Below are positions 29,034-39,617 of a stretch of 64,000 nt of DNA, piece by piece. Made by a program: the position numbers and the translations under genes. The stretch covers positions 682,001-746,000 of the forward strand of contig CP060759.1 in the NCBI GenBank assembly GCA_023205875.1, in the 5' to 3' direction. How positions within the stretch are numbered: position 1 is the stretch's first letter; each line of letters begins with the position of its first letter. Source of the stretch: Chloropicon primus (lineage: Eukaryota). The notes under the pieces were generated by a model. That model saw only the letters and a program-made list of their open reading frames with translations, did no database searches and was not told the DNA's origin.

Positions 29034-30098
29034 CTAAGCCGTCCTCGTTGTCGTGTCAAACTTGTAGACCATGTAATGCGAATACCTTTCGCCGGGCTGA
29101 AGGACGTTTGTCGGAAAGTTCGACTGATTCACCGCATTCGGGAACCCTTGGGTCTCCAAACACAACCCACCGTGGACCTTGTAAGTGGCGTCCTCCTTCG
29201 TCCCTTGCGCCTTCGTGAGGCTGCCATCCAGAAAGTTTCCCGAGTAAAACTGTACTCCCGGTGCCGAGGTGCTGAGCTCCACCTTCCTCCCAGACGTTTC
29301 CTCCTCGAGCACTGCAGCCAGGTGCAATGGGGTGCTCGTGGCCACCCTGTCGTACTCCCTGCGAACGCTCTTGTCCAACACAAAGTTGTGGTCAAACCCC
29401 CCAGGAACCTCAGCAATGCGCTCGCCAACGCGCACACCTTGGGCGGGGAAGTGGAACGGTGTCCCCTCCGTGGGCGCGAGTTCGCCCGTGGGTATCAGTT
29501 TCCCATCGACAGGGGTGTACTCCCTGGCGTTCAGGTGGAGTTTGTGGTTCAGCACGTCAGACCCGCTCGCGTGACCCGTCAAGTTGAAGTAGCCGTGCTG
29601 AGCCAGCGATATTGGCGTCGCTTTCGTCGTGATCGCCGACATGGCCACCACCAGCATCCCATCATCCGAGTCCGAAGGCTCGGTCAGCGTGTAACGCACG
29701 GTAACTGTCACTTGCCCTGGAAAGCCTTGGTCTCCGTCCTCGGAGAGGTGAGACAGGGTGACCGACCGCCCTTCCTCGTGGGAAACCACGCCCCAGGTGG
29801 CCTTGTCGAACCCCACCTGCCCCCCGTGGAGCGTGTTCCCGTTCTCATTCACACTCACTTGGAACTCCTCTCCCCCGATCTTGAACTTTCCTCCCTCGAT
29901 ACGGTTGGCGACCCTTCCAACGACGACACCAAAGTAGGGACTCGTGCCGTCCGCGTAAGACTCGAGCCGGTCGAAGCCGAGGACGACGTCGCTCGGCTCC
30001 CCCTTCGCGCTGGGGAGGATGAGTCTCTGCACGAGAGCACCCAGAGGCCTAATGTGAACCTCCACGCCCTTGGAATTCTTCAGCACGTACGTCTCCAT
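29034..30098 (-). CDS. Aldose 1-epimerase (galactose mutarotase)
   Basis: DVVLGFD, YFGVVVGRVANRI, LHGG, DGDQGFPG, HGYFNL, DHNF, GVQFYSGNFL, CLETQ; ATG at 30098. Confidence 0.96.
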   Translation of the reverse strand: METYVLKNSKGVEVHIRPLGALVQRLILPSAKGEPSDVVLGFDRLESYADGTSPYFGVVVGRVANRIEGGKFKIGGEEFQVSVNENGNTLHGGQVGFDKATWGVVSHEEGRSVTLSHLSEDGDQGFPGQVTVTVRYTLTEPSDSDDGMLVVAMSAITTKATPISLAQHGYFNLTGHASGSDVLNHKLHLNAREYTPVDGKLIPTGELAPTEGTPFHFPAQGVRVGERIAEVPGGFDHNFVLDKSVRREYDRVATSTPLHLAAVLEEETSGRKVELSTSAPGVQFYSGNFLDGSLTKAQGTKEDATYKVHGGLCLETQGFPNAVNQSNFPTNVLQPGERYSHYMVYKFDTTTRTA

Positions 30099-30565
30099 CT
30101 TCCCACGGATGCTTCTCCGGATGCTTCGGCACCCCAAAATATCTCCCTCCCTCTCAAAAGAACAAACAAAACCACGCAACCACGTGGAGAGCCAGAGAGA
30201 ATGCCTTTCGATCGAACCGAAGTCCCCTCCCTCCGCGGCCTCTGCTCCCTCCCTCCCTCGCGGCCTCACTGTCCCTCTCCCGCGCGCGGCCGATCGATCG
30301 TACGTTAGCAATGGAGTGGAGGGACTCCGAGGACGAGGAGGAGAGAGAGGGAGAGAGGGAGGGAAAGTGTGTGAAGGGAGGAGGTTTGCGAGGGATAGAA
30401 CCGTGTCCGATCGATCGGTCGTCTCACGGGCTTTCGAACGACACCTCGGTCGAGGGATTTGGCGTGCCAGTTCGAGCATTGGAGGGGAAGGATTGATCCA
30501 CGGACGGAGGAGAGGGAGGAGAGGGAGGGACGGAGTCGTTCCTCAGCAGGGGACGCGGTCAAAGG

Positions 30566-33017
30566 ATGGTGAAGTGCAAAGCGAAGTCGAAGGGGTACGC
30601 ATTGAAAGGATGCAACTGCGAGCGGTGTGACTTGCTCAGATCAAAGCAACAGGAAAGGAAGGACAAGGGGTGGGGTTGCTCAAAGTGCAGGTACTCCCAG
30701 AATGGATGCTTACGATGCGACGAGGCGAAGAGGCGGAGGTACGAGGCGAGAAAGGCTGCCGAGGCCGAACTTGGGCCCGAATGCTGCATCCCAAGGAACC
30801 AGAGGCAGCTCGCCTTGCTTGAGAGGAGGAAGGAGAAGGAGGAGGAGGCCAAGCTCAAGAGCTCCACTCGTAAGGCGACCAAGAAGACGAAGGGCAGGAA
30901 GATCAAAAAGGTGACCAAGGCCAAAAGGGCGAAGAAGGAGGTCGTGGCAAAGCGAGAGCAGGAGAAGGTGGTTGGTCTTTTCCCTCAGTGGCACCGCATC
31001 AACGAGGTGGACCTTGTCGCGGACTACGAATGGGTCGGTGAGGGCGGGGCGGAGCTCAAACCACTGACGGAAAGGAAACCGAAAGTCGTGATCATTGGGG
31101 CTGGGGTGGCAGGCTTGACGGCGGCGAAGGCACTTGAAGAGGACGGGCGATTCGACGTGACAATTCTCGAGGCGCGGGACAGGATCGGAGGAAGGATAGA
31201 CACGCTGAGACTTCCTGAGCGACCGGACAGGGAAGGGAGAATGATTCCCTCCTGCTCCGTGGATCTAGGGGCATCGTACATCCACGGATGCGGGGACGAA
31301 GAGCACCCAATCTACGCGCTTGCAAAGGAACTGGGAGTGACTTGCGAGCCATCAAGCAGCGCCGAAACATACGTGGACAAAGCGTGCGCGTGGTTCAATC
31401 ATACGACGGGAAGGAGGATTGTGAAAGCAAGGGTAAGCGAAAAGTCACGGATCCCTGGACGACGAAGCTTGTGCGAGCGAGCTGCCTGGCCAACTGACGG
31501 TTGGATGTGTGCCCTGTTTGCCTTTCCGAGTGTAGATTGCAAAGGTCCACCAGGTCATGTATGCGGCCGCGCAGAACATTATCGATACAGCTGTCAAGGA
31601 GAGAGCGGCGGGGAAGGCGGACTTTCCTCTGTCTGATATCTTCGAAAGCGCCGTAGAATGCGGAATCAAGCAGAAGAAAGTCTCCTCTTTCGATGACCTG
31701 GACAGAACGATGCTCTTCTGCGCTGCCAAGAGGGCGTGGCAGATTTGCGCCGATTTCAGCAAATTGTCTGGCCTCCAGGAAGCGGCTTGGGTGGAGGAAG
31801 CGGCTGAAACTGAAGCCAAGGAAACCAAGGAAGCTGGAGGAGATGGGGGGAAGATGAAAAGCGAATCGCCGTCTCAGGAAGCCGATGAACCCGGCGCCAG
31901 GCTTGATGATCTGCCCCAACCGATCTTGTTCCCGTTCGAAGCGACCGAGCGTCCACCCGCGGGCGGTATTCCCGTCCTGACTGGGGAGGCGATGACAAGG
32001 GACGTGAAAGGGGAAAAGAAGAAACGCCGAAAGAGATCAAGAGAGAAAAAGAAGACGATTGAGTACCACCCCACCGATCGCATCGTGGTGGACGGCTACT
32101 TTGACTTTCTGATCAGGCACTTGGAAGGGAAAGCGGCGGTGCACACGAACACAACCGTGAAGCAGGTGAACAGCTACCCCGGTGGATGCCTTGTGGCGAC
32201 TGCCGACAAGAAAAAGTACCACGCCGAGTACGTGTTGGTCACCCTTCCTGTCGGCGTCCTGAAGTCTACTTCCACGACGTCGAGGGTGCGGTTCCACCCC
32301 CAGCTGTCCCAGAGGAAGCGGGACGCCATTCGGACGTTCGGGATGGGCTCGGAGAACAAGATCGTCCTGAGATTCGACCCCCTGGATGTTTTCTGGCCAA
32401 CGAGTGTCCCTTACTTCATCAGCACGGACGACAGGTTCCGATTCCTGAGCCTGCACTACTATGGGAAGCCCGGCATCCTTGTGGTCCACGGCCAGCCGCC
32501 CTTCTCCTGGAATTGGGGCGGCCTGGACGACACGAAACTGGTTTTGACGCTCAGAGAATCCCTGGCCAGCATGTTTGGGCTCTCGAAGACCCCCGAGCCT
32601 CTTGAGACCCACGTCACGAGGTGGGACCGCGATCCATTTTCGCTCGGTTCCTACTCGTACTTCTCCGTGGGCTCGAGCATTGAAACGGTGCAGGACTTGG
32701 GGTCCTGCGAGGGCCTGCCGTCCGAGAAGCGCGTTCACTTTGCCGGGGAGGGGTGCAGCAACGAGGGCCACCAGTGTGTCCACGGCGCCTACGGCACGGG
32801 GCTGGATGCGGCCAAGTGCATCATCGAGAGGTACAAGGGGGACGGGAGGGACGCTGGGCCGCCCAAGGAGGGCTACGGCGCGACCTGGACCCCCGCCCAG
32901 AGCGTGGAGTGCAGCGCCTGCGGGCAGTGGAAGGACATCAGCGTGAGCGAGGAGGAGTTCGAGCGAATCGGCATGATGGAGACGTGGGCCTGCGAGGCGT
33001 GCGAGGCGGCGGCATGA
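30566..33017 (+). CDS. Flavin amine oxidase (LSD1/polyamine-oxidase superfamily) with Cys-rich N-terminus and C-terminal CW-type Zn finger; intron 31433-31535
   Basis: VIIGAGVAGL, LEARDRIGGR, DLGASYIHG, VLVTLPVGVLK, GMGSENKIVLRF, TRWDRDPFSLGSYSY, FAGE, VHGAYGTG; C-terminal VECSACGQWK...WACEAC. The GTAAGC...TGTAG intron joins the two ORFs in frame. Confidence 0.9.
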
Positions 33018-33140
33018 TTTTGATTTTGTACTACTACTGTATTCTAGCGATCAAGGGTCAACAAGATGAAGACGAAGAAGGAATGAAAAAGGCCTTGGTC
33101 ACGACTGCTGCTCTCATCTTGCGCGCGCGTCGCTTTCCTC

Positions 33141-33539
33141 CTACGCGGTGGTCCCGGAGCGCTCCTTCGCCTTCTCGGACTTGAGGATGTGCTCCCAGAC
33201 CGTCTCTCCGCCCGGCTTGGCGCTGTCCCACTTGTCGCGGGACACCTTGCCGAAGCTGCCGTAGGAGCGAGGCCCGGAGGTCCCCTTGCCGAGGTGCCAC
33301 ACGTCGCGCCCGGACATGGACCTCGCCCTCTTGGGCGAGCCCAGGTCCGTCCTCGGGGACCCGGGCAGGGGGGAGAGAGGGGACCCCGCGGTGCCCCGAG
33401 GCGACTCGGGAGGCACCTCGGCCACGTGCTTGTCGATCATCGAGATCAGGTTCTCCATGTTCCGGATGCTCCTCGGGGTCGTGCTCGCCTCGGGAAACCC
33501 GGGCTCCTCCGACACGTCCAGAAAATCAAAAGGGTTCAT
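33141..33539 (-). CDS. Uncharacterised 132-aa protein
   Basis: ATG-initiated with GC3-rich codons; SP-rich middle; no recognised domain. Confidence 0.6.
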   Translation of the reverse strand: MNPFDFLDVSEEPGFPEASTTPRSIRNMENLISMIDKHVAEVPPESPRGTAGSPLSPLPGSPRTDLGSPKRARSMSGRDVWHLGKGTSGPRSYGSFGKVSRDKWDSAKPGGETVWEHILKSEKAKERSGTTA

Positions 33540-33911
33540 TCTTCCTCGAGGCTCTTTCTTTTGGGTTTTCTCTCTCTCTCTGCGCTGAGAGAAAAGAAAA
33601 GAAAGGAAAAGAGAGAAAAAAAAACTCTTCGCCGCTCGCGAGACCTAGCTTCGGTCGGACGATGCTTTTCTGACTCTCTGAGAACCGCCTCACAAGCACG
33701 CGCGCCGAGACGTTACGCGGTCTTCTTCAAAAACCGTTACCCTCGTGACCTGACCTGGCTCTTCTTATCTTTTTTTGAGTATCGGATTATGTGGAATTGC
33801 TACGGCCCTCCCCGATTTTTTTATTTTTTTGCAAAGTAGAAAATCCATTGCATTAGTTCGAGCAGCTCCGACGAGACGAGACGAGCATGTGCGCGACCAT
33901 GAGAGGACTTT

Positions 33912-34790
33912 GAAGGAGGAGTCTCTCCCCTTTCCCTCCCTTGTTCCCTTGGTTGGCACTGCAAGCAATGCGCCTTGAGGCACTGTGTTGATAGGTGTTG
34001 CACCCTGGCCTACCCCCCTCTCTCCCTCTCTCCCTTTCCCTCTCCCTCTCCCTTTCCTCCAACTTGGAAGGAGGAGTCTCTCCCCTTTCCCTCCCTTGTT
34101 CCCTTGGTTGGCACTGCAAGCAATGCGCCTTGAGGCACTGTGTTGATAGGTGTTGCACCCTGGCCTACCCCCTCTCCTCTCTCCCTTTCCCTCTCCCTTT
34201 CCTCCAACTTGTTCTCCCTTTCCCTCCCTTGTTCCCTTGGTTGGCACTGCAAGCAATGCGCCTTGAGGCACTGTGTTGATAGGTGTTGCACCCTGGCCTA
34301 CCCCCCTCTCTCCCTCTCTCCCTTTCCCTCTCCCTCTCCCTTTCCTCCAACTTGGAAGGAGGAGTCTCTCCCTTCCTCCCTTGTTCCCTTGGTTGGCACT
34401 GCAAGCAATGCGCCTTGAGGCACTGTGTTGATGGGTGTTGCACCCTGGCCTACTCCCTCTCTCCCTTTCCTCTCCCTCTCCCTTTCCTCCAACTTGGAAG
34501 GAGGAGTCTCTCCCCTTTCCCTCCCTTGTTCCCTTGGTTGGCACTGCAAGCAATGCGCCTTGAGGCACTGTGTTGATGGGTGTTGCACCCTGGCCTACCC
34601 CCCCTCTCTCCCTCTCTCCCTTTCCCTCTCCCTCTCCCTTTCCTCCAACTTGGAAGGAGGAGTCTCTCCCCTTTCCCTCCCTTGTTCCCTTGGTTGGCAC
34701 TGCAAGCAATGCGCCTTGAGGCACTGTGTTGATGGGTGTTGCACCCTGGCCTACTCCCCCCCTCTCTCCCTCTCCTCCCCCCCTCTCTCT
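33912..34790. repeat. Tandem array of 6 units (133-156-bp period): conserved ~73-bp core plus variable CT-rich linker
   Basis: Core TTGTTCCCTTGGTTGGCACTGCAAGCAATGCGCCTTGAGGCACTGTGTTGAT(A/G)GGTGTTGCACCCTGGCCTAC starts at 33941, 34096, 34229, 34381, 34526 and 34682. Confidence 0.97.
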
Positions 34791-35067
34791 CTCTGCTGCT
34801 CTCCTCTAGAAGAACTGTCTTGGATATATATTGGATTGGCACAGCATCAAAGCCAATGAAAACCGTCCTGTGCAAGGGCATCTTTGTCTTCTCCTCGGGG
34901 GAAGTCCGCACGATGTGGCCTCGTCCGTCACGCACTCCCCCTCTCCCAATCTCAGACAAACTTCCAACCCCAACCTTCCTTCACCCAGCTGCCAGGAGGC
35001 AGTTTCCGTTTTGTTCAATTTTCTCCTCCCCAGCCTCCAAAAAGCGAAGAGCTCCTGGAGCTGGAGG

Positions 35068-36555
35068 ATGCTGGCTCCACCAACGCTGCTGTCCCGCAGG
35101 CTGGCGGTCCTCCCGCTGAGGCTGAGCCCTCCCTCCCCCCTGTCGCGAGCCGCGAGGGCGGCGCAACCCCGCCCAGCTCTCTACGACGCGGTGGACAAGC
35201 GGCTGCATCAGCATCAGCATCATGCTGATGCTGATGCTGATGCCGCGAGGAGGAGGTTCAGCGCCCGGCTGGCCTCGACGTCCGCGGCCCAGAGCTCTCG
35301 TCGCGTCGTCGTCCTCGGGATAGAGACGAGCTGCGACGACACGGCGGCGGCGGTGGTGACGGAGGGCGGCGAGGTTCTGGGCGAGGCCATCCTGTCCTCC
35401 GTGGACCTCCAGGCCAAGTGGGGAGGGGTGGTCCCCGCACTGGCGCAGCAGGCGCACGTGGAGGCGATCGACAAGGTGGTGGGCGACACGATGGCCTCCG
35501 CCGGCCTGCGACCCGAGGACCTCTCCGCCGTCGCGGTGACGATAGGCCCGGGCCTGAGCCTCTGCCTCAAGGTCGGCGTGCTCAAGGCAAGGGAGGTGGC
35601 CCACGAGGGCGGGGTTCCCCTCGTCCCGGTCCATCACATGGAGGCCCACGCCACCGTGGCGCGAATGCTTTGCCACGCCGGGGGCGAGAGCCTGGAGTTC
35701 CCCTTCCTGGCGCTCCTGGTCTCGGGGGGGCACAACCTGCTGGTGCTGGTGGAGGGCTTGGGGAGGTACAAGATCCTTGGGACCACCCTGGACGACGCGG
35801 TCGGCGAGGCCTACGACAAGGTGGCGAGGCTCCTGGGGCTGGACCTGTCGAGGGGGGGCGGTCCCGCAGTGGAGGCACTAGCCCTCAGGGGCGACGCCTC
35901 GGCCTTCGACTTCCCGGTCCCCCTGAAGAACTCCAGGGACAAGGCCAAGAACTGCGACTTCAGCTTTGCGGGGCTCAAGACTTCGGTGAGGACGGCGGTG
36001 GAGAGGACGATCGGCCTCCCTTCCGCGGGGCCGGGGGACCGGGGACCGGAAATCGGGCAGAGCGAGCAGCTGAGGGCGGACATCGCGGCGTCTTTCCAGA
36101 GGGTGGCTGTCGAGCACCTTTGCCTGAGGACGAGGACCGCGGTGTCCTGGGCCAGGCAGACCCACCCGGAGATCAAATCCATCGTCGTGGCCGGCGGGGT
36201 GGCTGCGAACAAGGTCCTGAGGGCGAACCTCGAATCCCTCGCCGCCGACTTGGACATGGACCTGGTCTGCCCACCCCCGCGGTATTGCACGGACAACGGC
36301 GTCATGGTGGCTTGGGCGGGTCTGGAGAGGCTCCGCAGCGGCGTGGGCGTTGGAGCCGTCCCCGAGTCGGCCAAGCCGGCCGAGGGGGAGTGGGTGGAGC
36401 TGAGGCCCAGGTGGCCTCTTGGCGAGCTCGACGAGCGCTGCTCCCAGCAAAGGCAAAACATAAAGAGCGCAAAGACCAAAAACATGAAGATGAGCCTCAC
36501 TCAGGAAACGGCCTTGCTCCTGGCCGCGGACGGGGCCAGGCTCCAACGAACCTGA
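35068..36555 (+). CDS. Organellar tRNA N6-threonylcarbamoyltransferase (Kae1/TsaD/Qri7, GCP1-like)
   Basis: VLGIETSCDDT, VTIGPGL, VHHMEAH, LLVSGGH, LDDAVGEAYDK, FSFAGLKT, AGGVAAN, CTDNGVMVAWAG; first ATG at 35068. Confidence 0.96.
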   Translation: MLAPPTLLSRRLAVLPLRLSPPSPLSRAARAAQPRPALYDAVDKRLHQHQHHADADADAARRRFSARLASTSAAQSSRRVVVLGIETSCDDTAAAVVTEGGEVLGEAILSSVDLQAKWGGVVPALAQQAHVEAIDKVVGDTMASAGLRPEDLSAVAVTIGPGLSLCLKVGVLKAREVAHEGGVPLVPVHHMEAHATVARMLCHAGGESLEFPFLALLVSGGHNLLVLVEGLGRYKILGTTLDDAVGEAYDKVARLLGLDLSRGGGPAVEALALRGDASAFDFPVPLKNSRDKAKNCDFSFAGLKTSVRTAVERTIGLPSAGPGDRGPEIGQSEQLRADIAASFQRVAVEHLCLRTRTAVSWARQTHPEIKSIVVAGGVAANKVLRANLESLAADLDMDLVCPPPRYCTDNGVMVAWAGLERLRSGVGVGAVPESAKPAEGEWVELRPRWPLGELDERCSQQRQNIKSAKTKNMKMSLTQETALLLAADGARLQRT

Positions 36556-36936
36556 GTGGTGGAGCAAGTAAACGATGTTTTATCCAATCGCTTATCTTGT
36601 TTGGCACTTGAAACCCAAGACGCCAGAGAGCAACAATGCCGGGACCAGTAATATCACCCTCCAAGAATGTCCTTCTCGTCCCCCCTCCCACTGGTTGTCC
36701 CTGCTCCTCCCTCCATTTGACCAATCAGCCAGCCGGGGAGGGGAGGAGATCCTGCAGGCGAAAAAAAAGGGGTACGAGAGAGGGAAGACGACAACGCCGA
36801 GGAGGACGAGGACGAGGGGGGCGAGGGGGGCGAGGGAGAGGCTGCGAGGTGTTCCCGAAGGGAATGGCGTGATAAGGGTCGCCTCGCCGCGTCACGAGAA
36901 GAAAGTTGCTGAGCCTGCGCCAAGGAGCTGACCAAG

Positions 36937-37980
36937 ATGAATAAATTGGACTTTGACTCCTGGACCATCAACAAGACGAGCGAGAGCCTCAAGTCCCTCA
37001 AGGGCTACGGGATACCGCAGACGCTGTCCCGGGCGGAGGACGAGTGGTGTGAGCGCGTGGCCGCCTCCATCATTGAGGTGAGACTCAAGAAGAAAGAGGA
37101 GTCGGAGGAAGTGGCGGTTCAACGGAAGGCAAAAGTGGAGGAGGAGGAAGTGGAGGAGGAGGAGGAGGAGCCAGAGACCGTCCCAACGGCTCACAGGGTG
37201 GACTGCGATCTGGAAATCCTCGGCGAAGACCTCACGGATCCAACGGAGGGTTCCTTTTCCAGCGGCAAGCACAAAATTCTGAGAGTGGGATACTACAATC
37301 CTGTATCCGCGCGCAACTGGAGGAGCACGACTCGCATTAAGAAGCCACACACGGCTCACGTGCAAAAGTACAGACCGAGCAGGAGGCACAGGCCGGTTCC
37401 CTCGATCAGGCTCGATGCCCCCATCGATGAGTGTGCCCCTGTGACGTCGAGGGGGTTTAGGGAGTCGAAACTTCCTCCGATATACAAGGAAATCAAGTCC
37501 GTCATGCAGCCGGCCCTGCCAACCATTGACGGCACCAGCACGATGTTCAAGTCCATCGACAAGCAGATAGACAAGGCCAAGGAGATCTGGAGGCAGGAAG
37601 AGCAGCTGCGGCGCCTCATAGCAGGAGAGTCGCCACTGCCTGAACCCGAACCTGAGCCTGAGCCTGAGGTGGTGGTGAAGAAAGGAATAGGCTTCAGGAA
37701 AGGCAAGAGCAGGGAGGTGAGGTCGCCGGACAAGGACCCGAGGAAGATCAAGAGCAGGGAGGTGAGGTCGCCGGACAAGGACCCGAGGAAGGTCAAGAGC
37801 AGGGAGGTGAGGTCGCCGGACAAGGACCCGAGGAAGGTCAAGAGCAGGGAGGTGAGGTCGCCGGACAAGGACCCAAGGAAGGTCAAGAGCAGGGGACCCT
37901 CACCGGACAAGGACCCGAGGAAGGTCAAGAGCAGGGAGGTCTCACCGGACAAGGGCCTGAAGAACGGGCCAAAGCGTTAG
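36937..37980 (+). CDS. Uncharacterised protein with C-terminal 15-aa basic SPDK repeats
   Basis: 347-aa ORF; KSREVRSPDKDPRK(V/I) x~5.5 encoded by near-identical 45-bp repeats at ~37705-37953. Confidence 0.75.
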   Translation: MNKLDFDSWTINKTSESLKSLKGYGIPQTLSRAEDEWCERVAASIIEVRLKKKEESEEVAVQRKAKVEEEEVEEEEEEPETVPTAHRVDCDLEILGEDLTDPTEGSFSSGKHKILRVGYYNPVSARNWRSTTRIKKPHTAHVQKYRPSRRHRPVPSIRLDAPIDECAPVTSRGFRESKLPPIYKEIKSVMQPALPTIDGTSTMFKSIDKQIDKAKEIWRQEEQLRRLIAGESPLPEPEPEPEPEVVVKKGIGFRKGKSREVRSPDKDPRKIKSREVRSPDKDPRKVKSREVRSPDKDPRKVKSREVRSPDKDPRKVKSRGPSPDKDPRKVKSREVSPDKGLKNGPKR

Positions 37981-38155
37981 CCAGGCAAACGCTGAACTCG
38001 GGTTGTGTAGACGCTTTGACCATCCTCCCTCTGTTTGAAAGTTTTGTATATGTATTACTTTTGAAAAATGTATTATGAATAAATATTTACTGATTACCGT
38101 CCGAAGCAAACTATCTGTTGGCAGCGCCGCAGCCCCGCCAAGAAAGGTTCAGGCA

Positions 38156-39127
38156 CTACTTGCCACCCGGGGCGGGGCCTCCGGCGTAGAATGGACTTCC
38201 GAATGCACCCATGCCAAGCTCCTGCTGCTTGTTCCACACCGTTCTCGTGTATCCGCCAACCTGCGCCTTGAACTCGGTCTCCACCTTCTTTGGGAAAGTG
38301 ATGGCAGGGCAGTAGCTTCCCTGGAACTCGGTTCCAGTCTTGGAGAAACCGTTCAAGCTAGCAGGTGTCTTCGAGTAGGAGATGGATCCTGGGCTGCAGA
38401 TCAACTGCTTGCTCCCCGCGTCAACCGTGCACCCGCCGTTGGAAACCTCGATCTCGATGGCTCCGAGATCGAAACCAGGGAAGTTGTACGCCCCGGCGTC
38501 GTCGTTGATTCCTGCCTGGAGGCAGTGCGCCGCGTAGAACGCGTTGAATTTCGCCTGGAGCTCAGCGGGGAGGGCCCTGAAGCCAGTGCTGGTGTCCGTG
38601 AAGGGGGTCAGGGAGGGGTTGTCGTTCAAACCAATGAAAGGGGAGCCTCCGATGAAAGTTCCCGGGGGGATCATCACGTTTCCACCGCCGAAGCCGCCAG
38701 CGAACCTCCTCAGAGCTCCCATCTTTCTCTTGTCGCCCCCCTCACCCTCCTCCTCCTCCTCGTCCGCGGCCATCTCGCCGTGAGGCACCCCGACGACGTC
38801 CAGCAAGCCAGAGAAAGCCTCGAAGCTCTGGTAGCTCTCAATGTTGCCATCCTCCGCGTCCGCGTTCTCGACCATGCTGCCCAGGAGATCGTGGACGAGC
38901 TTGTGGGTCGAGTCCTCGTCCGCGCGGTTCTCCACGAAGGTGTGGATCTCGTCCTTCAAAACCTCCAGGAGCGGCTCCAGGTCGATCTGGATGTTGCTCG
39001 CGTTCGCAAGCTCGGCCGCGAGAGCGTCCAAGTGCTCCTCCTGGGCCTCCTTGGCGCTCGCGACTCCAGAAAACGCCAGCATGCCCACCGCCGCGACAGC
39101 GCAAAACTTCTTCATTCCCGTCTTCAT
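38156..39127 (-). CDS. Predicted secreted protein (signal peptide, acidic region, Cys/Gly-containing C-terminal domain)
   Basis: MKKFCAVAAVGMLAFSGVASA signal-like start; acidic stretch, dibasic KRK, then a domain with 4 Cys. Confidence 0.7.
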   Translation of the reverse strand: MKTGMKKFCAVAAVGMLAFSGVASAKEAQEEHLDALAAELANASNIQIDLEPLLEVLKDEIHTFVENRADEDSTHKLVHDLLGSMVENADAEDGNIESYQSFEAFSGLLDVVGVPHGEMAADEEEEEGEGGDKRKMGALRRFAGGFGGGNVMIPPGTFIGGSPFIGLNDNPSLTPFTDTSTGFRALPAELQAKFNAFYAAHCLQAGINDDAGAYNFPGFDLGAIEIEVSNGGCTVDAGSKQLICSPGSISYSKTPASLNGFSKTGTEFQGSYCPAITFPKKVETEFKAQVGGYTRTVWNKQQELGMGAFGSPFYAGGPAPGGK

Positions 39128-39617
39128 GGCTCACAACAAAAGCTCAGCCTCTCTCTCTCTCTCTCTCTCTCACTCTTGTGCGTCCTCGACACACCTCAAC
39201 TCCCTGCTTGCGTCACAAGAGCGTCGCCAACACCTCTGCTCTGGCGCGTGGTCCGACGATTCAACACAAAAAAAGCACACCGCCGGGGGCGACGTTCTCA
39301 AGGCGTCAGCCGTTACGACTTCCCTCGTGGACAACGCTCGCCGCTCGCCCTCCCTCCAGAACGTGATGCTCGAGGGGCGATGGCGAGAACATAGTGTACC
39401 AAAATCAACACTAAAAATTACAGCTCCTGCGCACAGCTCCAGAGCCAGAGCGTGGAGGGGAACGGCAGCGCCGTCGTCGTGTTTTGCGGACGAGTTGGAG
39501 GACGGAGCTCGACGAAAGCGGGGCGAGAGGTCGGAAACGCGGGTACTTCGTCTCACGGGCTTTCCAGAGACCCAAGCGTTGCGTGATTTGGACGGGGACT
39601 CGAGCGGGAGGGGAACC

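Noticed and set aside
33912..34790. CRISPR array or Fanzor guide array
   Set aside because: The 'spacers' are homologous low-complexity CT tracts, not unique sequences. There are no cas genes, and the core shows only a trivial resemblance to the omegaRNA scaffold.
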